This document shows positions 38,494 to 47,668 of a stretch of 64,000 bases of DNA, one piece after another. Source of the DNA: Myxococcota bacterium. Its GTDB lineage: Bacteria; Myxococcota_A; Polyangia; Nannocystales; Nannocystaceae. Position numbers and translations under genes: made by a program. The notes below the pieces were generated by a model. That model did no database searches, was not told where the DNA came from, and was given only the letters and a program-made list of their open reading frames with translations. The stretch covers positions 384,001 through 448,000 of the forward strand of contig JBCCHT010000002.1 in the NCBI GenBank assembly GCA_039028615.1, given 5' to 3'. Each line of letters starts with the position of its first letter. Position 1 is the stretch's first letter.

Positions 38494-40674
38494 ATGCCGA
38501 GACCGCCCAAGTCCCTCCTCGTCGCCGCGCTCGCCCTCGCTGTGTCCGCCTGTGCTCGGACCCAACCCGTCATCGCGAACCCCGAAGCCCCGCTCGGTCG
38601 CGTGATCATCTACCGCAACGGCGTCGCCTATTTCGAGCGCGAAGCCGAGGTCGAAGACGCGCTGAGCCTCCGCGTGCCCCGAGCGCGCGTCGACGATTTT
38701 CTCAAGTCGCTGACCGTCACCGACACCAAGACGGGCAAGCCCCTGCCCATCTCCTACCCCACCACGCGGGGCCAAGCGGGTGAGTGGCTCGACATGACCA
38801 TCGACCTCCCGCCGGGAACGCACCGAGTCAAGCTCGCGTACGTGACCGAGAGCCCGGCATGGAAGCCCTCGTATCGCGTCATGCTGGGCGACGACGAAGA
38901 GGCCTCACGCCTGCAGTCGTGGGCCATCGTCGACAACGTCTCGGGCGAGCGCTGGAGCGACGTCATGGTCGGCGTGGGATCGACCTCGGCGCTGTCGTTC
39001 CGCTACGACCTGCACAGCGTACAGGTCGTTCAGCGCGAGACCCTCGATACCGGCACGCTGCTCGCCCAGGCCCCGCCCACCGGGGGCAGCCCCTACGCGG
39101 TCGATCGCGGCAACGTCCGAGTGCTGGCCAACCTCTCCGACGGCGAGATGCGCACGGCCGCCTCCGACTCCGCGGGGATCAGCCTGGCGGGCACCACGGG
39201 CGCAGAGTCGAACTACTCACTGGAAGCCAAGAACCTCCCCGTGGGCAACGACACGGGCCGAGACTTCACGGCGGTGGTCGACGTCACCCCCACCGCGAGC
39301 CGAAAGAGCCGCCGCCGGGCCGCACAACCGACGGGAGTCTCCGACGCCCAGCCGCCTCCAACGCGAGCATCGGCGCTCCAGGCCTTGCGAGCCGAGCTCG
39401 CCAACAATCAAACCCGGGTCCGCATCGAAGGCTGGGGCCTCCACGGTGAAGACGACCCGCAACGCGAAGGCCTGCGCCGAGCCAACACGCTCCGCGAGCA
39501 GCTCGTGGCCAACGGCATCGCGGCCGACCGCATCGACGTCGTGGCCGGAGACCACGCCATCGACTCCCCCGCCGACGTCGTGCAGGTCATCGCGATCGAG
39601 CAGGAGCCGGGGTTCAGCGAGGCGGTGGTGGACGGGGTCGATCCAGACGAGCCGCGGGGTACCGCCCACTTCATCTCCGAAAAACCCATGTCGATCGACC
39701 CCGGGCACTCGGCCATGGTCACGCTCTTCGACGAGCCCACCGAGGCCGCCCGTGTGTACCTATACGATCCGCTCTCCGCTCGCGGCTCCAAGCAGTTCGC
39801 CTTCAACGCGGTGCGAGTGGTCAACCCCAGCGACGACACGCTCGACAGCGGGCCCATCACCGTCTACGCCAAGGGCCGGTTCCTCGGCGAAGGCCTCACC
39901 GAGCCCATTCCTCCGGGGAAGGCCGCTCTGGTGCCCTACGCCCTCGATCGCACCGTGCTCATCAGCCCCAGCGTCCAGTCCCGCGACCAGGTGGAGAAGC
40001 TGGTCACCGTCGAGCGGGGCATCGCCACCACCCAGACGCGTCGCACCAGCCAGACCCGCCTCGACATCGACAACCGCGGGCACGCCGATGCCCAGCTCTA
40101 CGTGCGGCACCGCGTGTCGTCGGGCTGGACCCTGCAGGATCCCCCCGAGAACCTCGAGCACCTCGGCCGGGACATCCTCGTGCCCATCACCGTGCGGGCG
40201 GGGACGCGGGAGGAGCTCATCTTGGAGGAGACCCTCCCGGTGACCGCGTCGGTCGATCTACGGTCGTCCCGCGGGCTCGAGAAGATCGCGGTGTACCTGC
40301 AATCCGAGGACATCGACGACCCCCTCCGCGAGCGGCTCGAAGCGATCGTTGATGCCTACCGCGACCTGGGAGACCTCGAGAGCACCTTGGTGACTCGCAA
40401 CGAGCAGCGGGAGGTCCTGCGACAGCGGGTGAATGAGCTCGAGTCGCAGCTCATCGGGCTTCGCAAAGTACGGCGGGCCCAGGATCTGAGCGGCCACCTC
40501 GCCAAGCGCATGCGTCAGCTGGGTGACGAGCTGGACGACGTCACGGTGGAAGTCACCGAGCTCGAGGCAGACAAGCTCAAGGCGAGGATCCAGCTACAGA
40601 ACCTGGTGTCCGAACTCAGCCTCGAAACCCCGGAACCGAAGGGAGCAAGCACCACCCGCTCGACCGCGCCGTAG
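38494..40674 (+). CDS. DUF4139-domain lipoprotein with inserted OmpA-like domain
   Basis: Lipobox AVSAC; RVIIYRNGVAYFER, VDDFLKSL, AYVTESPAWKPSYR, WAIVDNVSGERW; internal VRIEGW...GLRRANTLREQLVANGIAADRI. Confidence 0.85.
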   Translation: MPRPPKSLLVAALALAVSACARTQPVIANPEAPLGRVIIYRNGVAYFEREAEVEDALSLRVPRARVDDFLKSLTVTDTKTGKPLPISYPTTRGQAGEWLDMTIDLPPGTHRVKLAYVTESPAWKPSYRVMLGDDEEASRLQSWAIVDNVSGERWSDVMVGVGSTSALSFRYDLHSVQVVQRETLDTGTLLAQAPPTGGSPYAVDRGNVRVLANLSDGEMRTAASDSAGISLAGTTGAESNYSLEAKNLPVGNDTGRDFTAVVDVTPTASRKSRRRAAQPTGVSDAQPPPTRASALQALRAELANNQTRVRIEGWGLHGEDDPQREGLRRANTLREQLVANGIAADRIDVVAGDHAIDSPADVVQVIAIEQEPGFSEAVVDGVDPDEPRGTAHFISEKPMSIDPGHSAMVTLFDEPTEAARVYLYDPLSARGSKQFAFNAVRVVNPSDDTLDSGPITVYAKGRFLGEGLTEPIPPGKAALVPYALDRTVLISPSVQSRDQVEKLVTVERGIATTQTRRTSQTRLDIDNRGHADAQLYVRHRVSSGWTLQDPPENLEHLGRDILVPITVRAGTREELILEETLPVTASVDLRSSRGLEKIAVYLQSEDIDDPLRERLEAIVDAYRDLGDLESTLVTRNEQREVLRQRVNELESQLIGLRKVRRAQDLSGHLAKRMRQLGDELDDVTVEVTELEADKLKARIQLQNLVSELSLETPEPKGASTTRSTAP

Positions 40675-40743
40675 AGCCATCGACGGGGCACGAAAGACGG
40701 CGGCCATCGGTGAGGAGCCGCCGCCTTCGTGTCCTGGAGTCGG

Positions 40744-42312
40744 TCAGTACCCGATCACCGTCTCGCACGCGACCACGACGGCGGTGTCGAGATACGCGGA
40801 GCAGGTATCGTTGCCGTCGCCACCGTTGACGACCGCCAGCTCTCCCGAGGCTTCGATGACGTCGTCGCCGTTGCCCCCGTTGAAGCCGGCATCCGCCCCG
40901 CTGCCGACGAGGTGGTCGTTGCCGTTCCCCCCAATCAGCGCCGAGAACTCGGCGTTGCACTGGATGAAGTCGTCGCCATCGCCCGCGCTGAGGTAGTTGC
41001 GATCGCTGCCCTCGCGATACTGCACGGGGCCGAGGAGCGTGTCGTTGCCGCCTTCGGCCCAGACATAGTTGTTGCCGTGGCGCACGATGATCGTCTCGGC
41101 CATGTCTCCGCCGCGAATGGCATCGTTGCCTCGGCCAGAATGGATGGTGATGGGAATCGGCGTGGGGCTCACCCCCGGATCGATGGTGGTGCGATACACG
41201 TCGTAGCCCCGAGAGAGCCGGACGCGAATGGAGGTCAGGTCGCTCTCGTCGAGGTCGAAGATGAGCGTACCGTTGGAGTAGCCCTGCACCATCACCGCAC
41301 CCGCATCGTCCCCGTAGGCGAGTTCGAAGGTCTCTGCGACCTGGGTGCCAAAGACGATCAGCTCCCCGGTGAACTCGTTCAGCTCGTAGGTCGCGAGCTC
41401 GGACGGCACGACGTTGGCTTGGAGGTGCGGCGGCACATCGAGCTGCCCGTAGTCGGCCTGGCCCCAGCAGGTGATCCGCCCCTGGGTGTCCGCCGAACAG
41501 GTATGATACTCCCCGGCCGAGATGGCGGCCGAGGGCGGGAGCCCCGAAGGCACGCTCGACTGCCCGACCTCGTTGGCACCCCAGCAGTGCACGCCGCCGG
41601 TCGTGTCGCGGGCGCAGCTGTGGCCATTGCCCGCCGTGACCGCGACCATGGTGGTGCTCAGCACCTCGGGCGGAATGTTGAGCTGATCGCGAGCATCGTT
41701 GCCCCAGCACGAGACCTGGCCGTTCGTATCCACCACGCAGCCGTGCCCGTAGCCCGCCGCCACATCGACGGCGGCGACATCGGGCACTGAAATCAGCGAG
41801 CCTTGGTAGTCGGTACCCCAGCACTGGAGGTCGCCCGCCGTGTCGACGGCACACGCCCAAAACGCCGACGAGCTCAGCGAAGTCGCGGTCAGCCCCGCGG
41901 GCACGTCGAGGTGGCCGAAGGCGTTGCTCCCCCAGCACGACACCGCGCCGTCGTCCGCGATGGCGCACGTGTTGTAGTCGCTCGTCGATAAGGCGGTCGC
42001 GACCAGGCCGGCGGGGGGTGTGCTCTGCCCCACGTGGTCATAACCCCAGCAGGTCACCGCGCCCGCGGCATCGGCCGCGCACGAGTGGAACTCCCCCACC
42101 GAGACTTGCTGAATCTGCGTGAGCGGTGGCGGAGTCGCTTCGCCCACATACTCCGTGCCCCAGCACGCCACCGAGCCATCGGACTCCACTCCGCACGAGT
42201 GTTGGACTCCCCCTCCCACGGCCCCGACATCCTCGGCCGCCGCGAGCAAGGGAAACAAAGTCGCACTGGTCCACGCTACGCCCGTGACCAGACGGTTCAT
42301 CATCGTCGTCAT
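40744..42312 (-). CDS. Secreted RCC1/BLIP-II repeat protein with C-terminal RTX-type Ca-binding repeats
   Basis: Seven xGxxHSC...G.V.CWG...GQ repeats; GRGNDAI, GGNDTL, GDGDDFI, GNGNDHL, GNGDDVI, GDGNDT. Confidence 0.9.
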   Translation of the reverse strand: MTTMMNRLVTGVAWTSATLFPLLAAAEDVGAVGGGVQHSCGVESDGSVACWGTEYVGEATPPPLTQIQQVSVGEFHSCAADAAGAVTCWGYDHVGQSTPPAGLVATALSTSDYNTCAIADDGAVSCWGSNAFGHLDVPAGLTATSLSSSAFWACAVDTAGDLQCWGTDYQGSLISVPDVAAVDVAAGYGHGCVVDTNGQVSCWGNDARDQLNIPPEVLSTTMVAVTAGNGHSCARDTTGGVHCWGANEVGQSSVPSGLPPSAAISAGEYHTCSADTQGRITCWGQADYGQLDVPPHLQANVVPSELATYELNEFTGELIVFGTQVAETFELAYGDDAGAVMVQGYSNGTLIFDLDESDLTSIRVRLSRGYDVYRTTIDPGVSPTPIPITIHSGRGNDAIRGGDMAETIIVRHGNNYVWAEGGNDTLLGPVQYREGSDRNYLSAGDGDDFIQCNAEFSALIGGNGNDHLVGSGADAGFNGGNGDDVIEASGELAVVNGGDGNDTCSAYLDTAVVVACETVIGY

Positions 42313-42666
42313 CTTCGACCCCCGTTTTGATGTGTCGCTCGCCGATCCATACGGCCAGCGAATCGCCTTCATGGTGCAGGCGATCGAGCTGGAGTCAAAC
42401 TCCAGTTCACGACTTTCTCCACGGTGGTTGGTTCCGCATGACGAGGTGCAAAGGTGGCAGGATCGAACTGCACCGATTCGTTGGCGTTGCCGATCCTGCA
42501 TTCGCTCGCCGTGAATGTTCCACCGACGGCCCGAGGTCCCCGGCCCCCCAAGACCGCGGACGCTCGCGGGTACAGAGTCGAAGACGACGTCGAGTAACCG
42601 TCGGCACCGGGGCCATGAGCACCCGTTGGCCGGGCCGAGACCCACCGACGGGATCCCGTTGCTATC

Positions 42667-43293
42667 GTGCCGTCCATGGTGCCGCCCGACTCCGAGCTTC
42701 TCGCGGCCTGGCGCTCGGGTGACGAGCGAGCCGGGGCCACGCTCTTCGAGCGGCACTACGCCGGCATCAAGCGGTTCTTCGAGAACAAGGTGCCCGACGC
42801 GGCGGAGGAGCTCATTCAGCAGACCTTCCTCGCGTGTCTCGAGGCCCGCGATCGATTTCGGGGCGACAGCAGCGTCCGCACCTACCTCTTCGGCATCGCC
42901 CACAACCTGCTGCGCGAGCACTTCAAGGCTCGCCACCGCCACCCGGCGCAGCCGCTCGATACCTCGGCGGTGTCCGCCCACGAGCTGGCGCCCGGCCCCT
43001 CGTCGATCGTCGCGGCCAAGGAAGAGCAACGGCTGCTGCTCGAAGCGCTGCGCCGTGTGCCGCTCGACTATCAAATCGCCCTCGAGCTGCACTATTGGGA
43101 GCACTACACGGCGGCCCAGATCGCCGAGATCATCCAGCTTCCGGTGGGCACGGTGAAGACCCGCCTGCGCCGCGGTCGGCAGCTCGTCGAGGTCGAGCTG
43201 CGACAGCTGGCGACCACACCTCGGCTCCAGCACAGCAGCAGCGACGATTTCGACGCGTGGGCGGCCGAGCTCCGCGTGCAACTCGCCCGCTAG
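42667..43293 (+). CDS. ECF-type sigma-70 factor (paralog of 13088-13711)
   Basis: ELLAAWRSGD, ELIQQTFLAC, SSVRTYLFGIAHN, LELHYWE, LPVGTVKTRL. Confidence 0.93.
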   Translation: MPSMVPPDSELLAAWRSGDERAGATLFERHYAGIKRFFENKVPDAAEELIQQTFLACLEARDRFRGDSSVRTYLFGIAHNLLREHFKARHRHPAQPLDTSAVSAHELAPGPSSIVAAKEEQRLLLEALRRVPLDYQIALELHYWEHYTAAQIAEIIQLPVGTVKTRLRRGRQLVEVELRQLATTPRLQHSSSDDFDAWAAELRVQLAR

Positions 43294-43302
43294 CGCCCTC
43301 GC

Positions 43303-44973
43303 GTGAGCGGCTATACTGCATCCCTGCGACGCGGACTGCCCATTGCAGCGATTGCGGCCGCCCTGGCGGGGTGCGCCCCGCCCGACGATGGCGTCGACCG
43401 CCGCTGCCGCTTCGAGCCCGATGGACACGGCACGCCCTCGGGGCTGCTCCGCTTCTCTCGCGACGGCGGGTTGTTCACGCTGGGCTTCTCCCTCACCGTC
43501 GAGTCTCCGCTGGCGGGCACGCTGCGCTACACCCTCGACGGCTGCCCGCCCGACGCGGACTCCCCCCGGCTCGATGGACCGCTGGACATCGACGCGACCA
43601 CCGAGGTTCGGGTCGGGCTCTTCGACAGCGAGCAGGATTCGCCCCCGCGCTCCTCTCGGGTCTACATCGCGGCCGATCCCGAGCTGCGACACGAGTCGGA
43701 GCTGCCCATCGTGGTCGTCGAGACCTGGGGACAGCCGGGCATCGAGCAGATCGAGCGCCCGCGTGTGCATCGACCCGCCTACTTGGTGGTCATCGAGCCC
43801 GGCGACGATGGCATCGCCCGCCTCGACGACCCGCCGACATTCGCCGGGCGCATCGGCATGCACATCCGCGGCAACAGTACGGCCGAGCAGTACCGCAAGA
43901 AGCAGTACAAGCTCGAGCTGTGGGACGAGTTCGACCGCGATCTCGCCCAGCCCATGCTCGGCATGCCGGCCGAAGCCGACTGGGTCCTCCATGCGCCCCA
44001 CTCCGACAAGACCTTCATGCGCAACCACTTGGTCTACCGGTGGAGCAATCGCATGGGTCGTTGGGCGGCCCGGACTCGGTTCGTGGAGACGCTCATTGAT
44101 CGCGGTGACACGCTCGACTCGAGCGACTACGTGGGCGTGTACGTATGGATGGACAAGATCGAGGTCGGTCCCAACCGCGTCTCCGTCACCCCGCTCGAGC
44201 CCGAAGACGCCGATGAGTCCACGCTGGCGGGCGGCTACCTGCTCGTTCGCGACTGGGACCATCACGAACGAGCGCTGCGCACCGAGACCTATCGCGACGC
44301 CATCCTCGTCGACGACCCGCGCCCCGAGGACATCACCCCCGCTCAGCGCAGCTGGATCGCCGACTACCTGAACGCGTTCGAACGCGCATTGTCGGGGCCC
44401 GACTTCCAGGACCCCCAGCGGGGCTACGCGCCCTATATCGACATCGACGCCTTCATCGATCATCACCTATTGGTCGAGCTGGCCCGCAACGTGGATGGCT
44501 TCGTGCTGTCCACGTACATGCACAAGGAGCGCGAGGGGCCGCTGGTGATGGGTCCCGTGTGGGACTACAACGGCTCGCTGGGCAACGCCGACTACTACGG
44601 CGCCTGGGACCCCGAGGGCTGGCACCACGAGCACCCCGACTTCCCCGGAGACAACCCCCAGGGCTACCGCTGGTACGAGCGGCTCTTCGAGGATCCGGCC
44701 TTTGTGGCTCGCTACGCCGAGCGCTGGCGAGCGCTTCGAGCCGGGCCGCTCGCCACCGACGCCTTGCTCGCCGACATCGACGAAGCGAGCGCGCTACTGC
44801 AACGACCCGCGATGCGCAACTTCGAACGGTGGCCGATTCTCGGACGCTATGTGTGGCCGAACGACGAAGGCCACGAGCAACGCGGCAGCTTCGACGACGA
44901 AGTCGACTACCTTCGCCAGTGGCTGCTCGCTCGCGTGGCGTGGATGGATGCCCAACTCGGTTCGGCGGGCTGA
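43303..44973 (+). CDS. CotH kinase family lipoprotein with N-terminal chitobiase/Fn3-associated domain
   Basis: Lipobox LAGC; LRYTLDG.PP; MHIRGNST...KKQYKLEL, DWVLHAPHSDKTFMRN, MGPVWDYNGSLGN. Confidence 0.9.
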   Translation: MSGYTASLRRGLPIAAIAAALAGCAPPDDGVDRRCRFEPDGHGTPSGLLRFSRDGGLFTLGFSLTVESPLAGTLRYTLDGCPPDADSPRLDGPLDIDATTEVRVGLFDSEQDSPPRSSRVYIAADPELRHESELPIVVVETWGQPGIEQIERPRVHRPAYLVVIEPGDDGIARLDDPPTFAGRIGMHIRGNSTAEQYRKKQYKLELWDEFDRDLAQPMLGMPAEADWVLHAPHSDKTFMRNHLVYRWSNRMGRWAARTRFVETLIDRGDTLDSSDYVGVYVWMDKIEVGPNRVSVTPLEPEDADESTLAGGYLLVRDWDHHERALRTETYRDAILVDDPRPEDITPAQRSWIADYLNAFERALSGPDFQDPQRGYAPYIDIDAFIDHHLLVELARNVDGFVLSTYMHKEREGPLVMGPVWDYNGSLGNADYYGAWDPEGWHHEHPDFPGDNPQGYRWYERLFEDPAFVARYAERWRALRAGPLATDALLADIDEASALLQRPAMRNFERWPILGRYVWPNDEGHEQRGSFDDEVDYLRQWLLARVAWMDAQLGSAG

Positions 44974-45057
44974 GACCCGTCGCACCACGGCGCCACGGGC
45001 ACCGACGAAGCGTGTTCCGAGCGTTTCCTGCGTCCGGCTGTGTTACGAATTTGGGTG

Positions 45058-45927
45058 ATGAACTGCGATCGGATGTTGGGGTGGGCGTTTGTCTCGGTTG
45101 GACTGGTGTTCGCGGGGTGCGGTGACGATGGCTCGGCGACGAGCGACACCGAATCCAGCCAGACCACGGGAGATGGAGGAGATACGGCGGACACGGACGA
45201 GTCGGCGGACGAGACCGCAGGCACGACCGGGGTCACCTATAGCGGTGACATCCGGCCCTTGTTCTCGGCCCGCGGCTGTACGATCTGCCACCACGAAAAC
45301 TCGGCGATCGACATCGACATCGCGGACCCCTTCAGCCCGCCCAACGGCCTGGTGGGCTCCACCAACACCTGGGCCATCGCGCATCCCGAGGGCAACACGC
45401 CGATGCTCAACGTCGACCCCGGGAACCCGGACGAGAGCTTCTTGATGGACAAGATCGGCGACCCGGCGGCGCTCGACATGGCCACCGCGGGCAATCACAT
45501 GCCGCTGCTGATCGAAGCGCTGACCGACGACGAAATCGCCAGCCTCCGGGCGTGGATCGACGCGGGAGCCAACGACGACCAGATGTTCCAAGACGAGATT
45601 CGGCCGATCTTCGGCGACGAGACCTCCTTGGGCGCTGCGTCGGGCAAGTGCACGTGGTGCCACCACTCCTTCCCGGGGGGCCAGGCGCCCAACCTCACCG
45701 ATCCTTTCGATCCGATGACGGGCGCGGTGGGAGTCCCCAGCATCTTCGACCCCGAGCGCATGCGCATCGCCCCCGGCGACGCGGACAACAGCATCTTGGT
45801 GCTCAAGGTCGAGCTGACGGAGCCCGGCGCGCTGGGGCAGCCGATGCCGCTGCAGTTCCCGGTGCTGACCGAGGAGGAGATCGCCACCGTCCGCACCTGG
45901 ATCGAAGAGGGCGCGCAAGACAACTGA
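45058..45927 (+). CDS. Di-heme c-type cytochrome lipoprotein (two internal repeats)
   Basis: Lipobox FAGC; CTICH and CTWCH; each repeat has PG...S.L..K...MPL...LT..EIA....WI..GA. Confidence 0.85.
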   Translation: MNCDRMLGWAFVSVGLVFAGCGDDGSATSDTESSQTTGDGGDTADTDESADETAGTTGVTYSGDIRPLFSARGCTICHHENSAIDIDIADPFSPPNGLVGSTNTWAIAHPEGNTPMLNVDPGNPDESFLMDKIGDPAALDMATAGNHMPLLIEALTDDEIASLRAWIDAGANDDQMFQDEIRPIFGDETSLGAASGKCTWCHHSFPGGQAPNLTDPFDPMTGAVGVPSIFDPERMRIAPGDADNSILVLKVELTEPGALGQPMPLQFPVLTEEEIATVRTWIEEGAQDN

Positions 45928-45949
45928 GCCTCGGGTACAGTGCTGCCCG

Positions 45950-46786
45950 GTGACGGACGACCGCGTCGAGGCGTACTACGAGTCGAACACCAAGCGGTTC
46001 CTTCGGTTCGGTCAAGGCGGCCAGCAGGGCGCGATTCACCGGGCCGTGTGGGGCCCGGGGGTCCTCGACCGAGCCGAGGCATTTCACTACGTCGACGACC
46101 GCCTGCTCGAGGCGATGCCCCACGACGCGACGCGGGTCCTCGACCTGGGCTGCGGCGTCGGAGCCTCGCTGGCCTACATCGCCGAGCGACGAGACGTCCA
46201 CGGCGTGGGCGTCACGCTCAGCGCCACCCAGGTCGAGCTGGCCACCCAGCGCTTCGCTCGGGCCGGCCTGGGCAATCGCCTGTCGGCCCGACGCGCCGAC
46301 TTCACCGACCTGCCCGCGGACCTCGAGCCCGTCGACTTTGCGTATGCGATCGAGGCGTTCGTGCACGCGCCCGCGCCCGAGCCCTTCTTCGCGGAGGCCG
46401 CTCGGATCCTGCGACCGGGCGGGCGCCTGGCGATCTGCGACGACTTCGCGGCACCACGGGTCGATGAGGGCGAGCTGACCTTCCGCGAGGCGCGGTGGAT
46501 TCGGGAGTTCCGCACGGGGTGGAACACGGGCTCGCTGATCTCGGTCCGACGCGCCGAGCAGCTCGCGAACGCAGCCGGCTTCGAGCGCGTCTCCGACCAG
46601 GACCTCACCGCGGACATCGAGCTACGGCGCCCCCGCGATCGCCTGATCACGATGATGGTCCGCCTCGGTCGACGCATCCCCACCCGCAATGCGTGGTGGC
46701 TCAACCTGCTGGGCGGCAACGCGCTGCAGATGGCCTTGGTGCGGCGCCTGATGACCTATCGCGTGCTGGTCTGGACTCGCCGCTGA
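45950..46786 (+). CDS. Class I SAM-dependent methyltransferase
   Basis: VLDLGCGVG, GVTLSATQ, YAIEAFVH, LRPGGRL. Confidence 0.92.
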   Translation: MTDDRVEAYYESNTKRFLRFGQGGQQGAIHRAVWGPGVLDRAEAFHYVDDRLLEAMPHDATRVLDLGCGVGASLAYIAERRDVHGVGVTLSATQVELATQRFARAGLGNRLSARRADFTDLPADLEPVDFAYAIEAFVHAPAPEPFFAEAARILRPGGRLAICDDFAAPRVDEGELTFREARWIREFRTGWNTGSLISVRRAEQLANAAGFERVSDQDLTADIELRRPRDRLITMMVRLGRRIPTRNAWWLNLLGGNALQMALVRRLMTYRVLVWTRR

Positions 46787-46790
46787 AGGC

Positions 46791-47663
46791 TCAGCCTCGG
46801 CCCCGACCCCGTCGCACCGCGAAGTCGAGCTGGTGCGCGATGTAGACCAGGGTCCCGTCTTCGACCTGCGCATGGCGGAGCGCCGCCCAACCCCGCACGT
46901 CGTCGCGCAGCTGAGGCACGCGCATGAGCTCGGCCTCCACCGTGTCCACGATGTGGTGCACGAAGTAGGCCTCGTCGGCGATGTAGCCGCCTTCGTCGCC
47001 GTACACCACCCAGTCCGAGCTCCCCGCGGCGGCCACGGCTCCCCCGGCGGCACGAATCTGCTCGAACAGCTCGCGCCCCGCCGTGGACGACCCCGTGCGC
47101 ACGTCCATGCTGCGGTGGTACGCCGCCATCAACGCCTCGTCGCGAGGGTCTTTGGGGGTGAAGATCGTGTCGCCGTCGAAGTTGATCGTCGGCCAGAACA
47201 ATCCGTCGTCGCCCAGTCTCTCGAGCAACGTGGGCAGTACCGCGGGCACGTCGACGAGGTCGAGCACCGCGTGCGCGATGACAAGGTCGAACGGCCCCTC
47301 GGTGTCCCGGACCCAGTCCTCCAGGCGCGCGTGCACGGTGGAGACGTCGAACGAGACCTCGTCGACCGCCTCGCCCGCGCGCGGCTGGCCGCGTCGCCAG
47401 GGCTCCACGAGCGTATCGGCCTCGGCCAGCAGCTGCGGATCCATGTCGACGAGCAAGTACTCCGCCCGCGCAATCCGGCCGGTCCCGATCAACCGATCGA
47501 TCATCGTGCCCACCCCACCGCCGAGCTCGGCGATGCGAGCCGGGCGATCGGTGGGCATGGCCGACAGCACGGTGTTCATGACGTCGGCGTTGAGCGCCCG
47601 GTCGTCCACCGTCCGCTTGGACCGAAGGTAGCGGTCGAAGGTGTACTGCTGCGGAATGGCCAA
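46791..47663 (-). CDS. Class I SAM-dependent methyltransferase-like protein
   Basis: YLRSKRTVDDRALN, ELGGGVG, VDMDPQLL, FDLVIAHAVLDLV; TTG start just after the upstream stop. Confidence 0.85.
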   Translation of the reverse strand: MAIPQQYTFDRYLRSKRTVDDRALNADVMNTVLSAMPTDRPARIAELGGGVGTMIDRLIGTGRIARAEYLLVDMDPQLLAEADTLVEPWRRGQPRAGEAVDEVSFDVSTVHARLEDWVRDTEGPFDLVIAHAVLDLVDVPAVLPTLLERLGDDGLFWPTINFDGDTIFTPKDPRDEALMAAYHRSMDVRTGSSTAGRELFEQIRAAGGAVAAAGSSDWVVYGDEGGYIADEAYFVHHIVDTVEAELMRVPQLRDDVRGWAALRHAQVEDGTLVYIAHQLDFAVRRGRGRG

Positions 47664-47668
47664 TGGCT

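Noticed and set aside
42313..44466. 5' two-thirds of the 1240-aa ORF, suggesting a giant fusion protein
   Set aside because: It is antisense to the ECF sigma and CotH genes; the real RCC1/RTX protein starts near 42312 with its own leader
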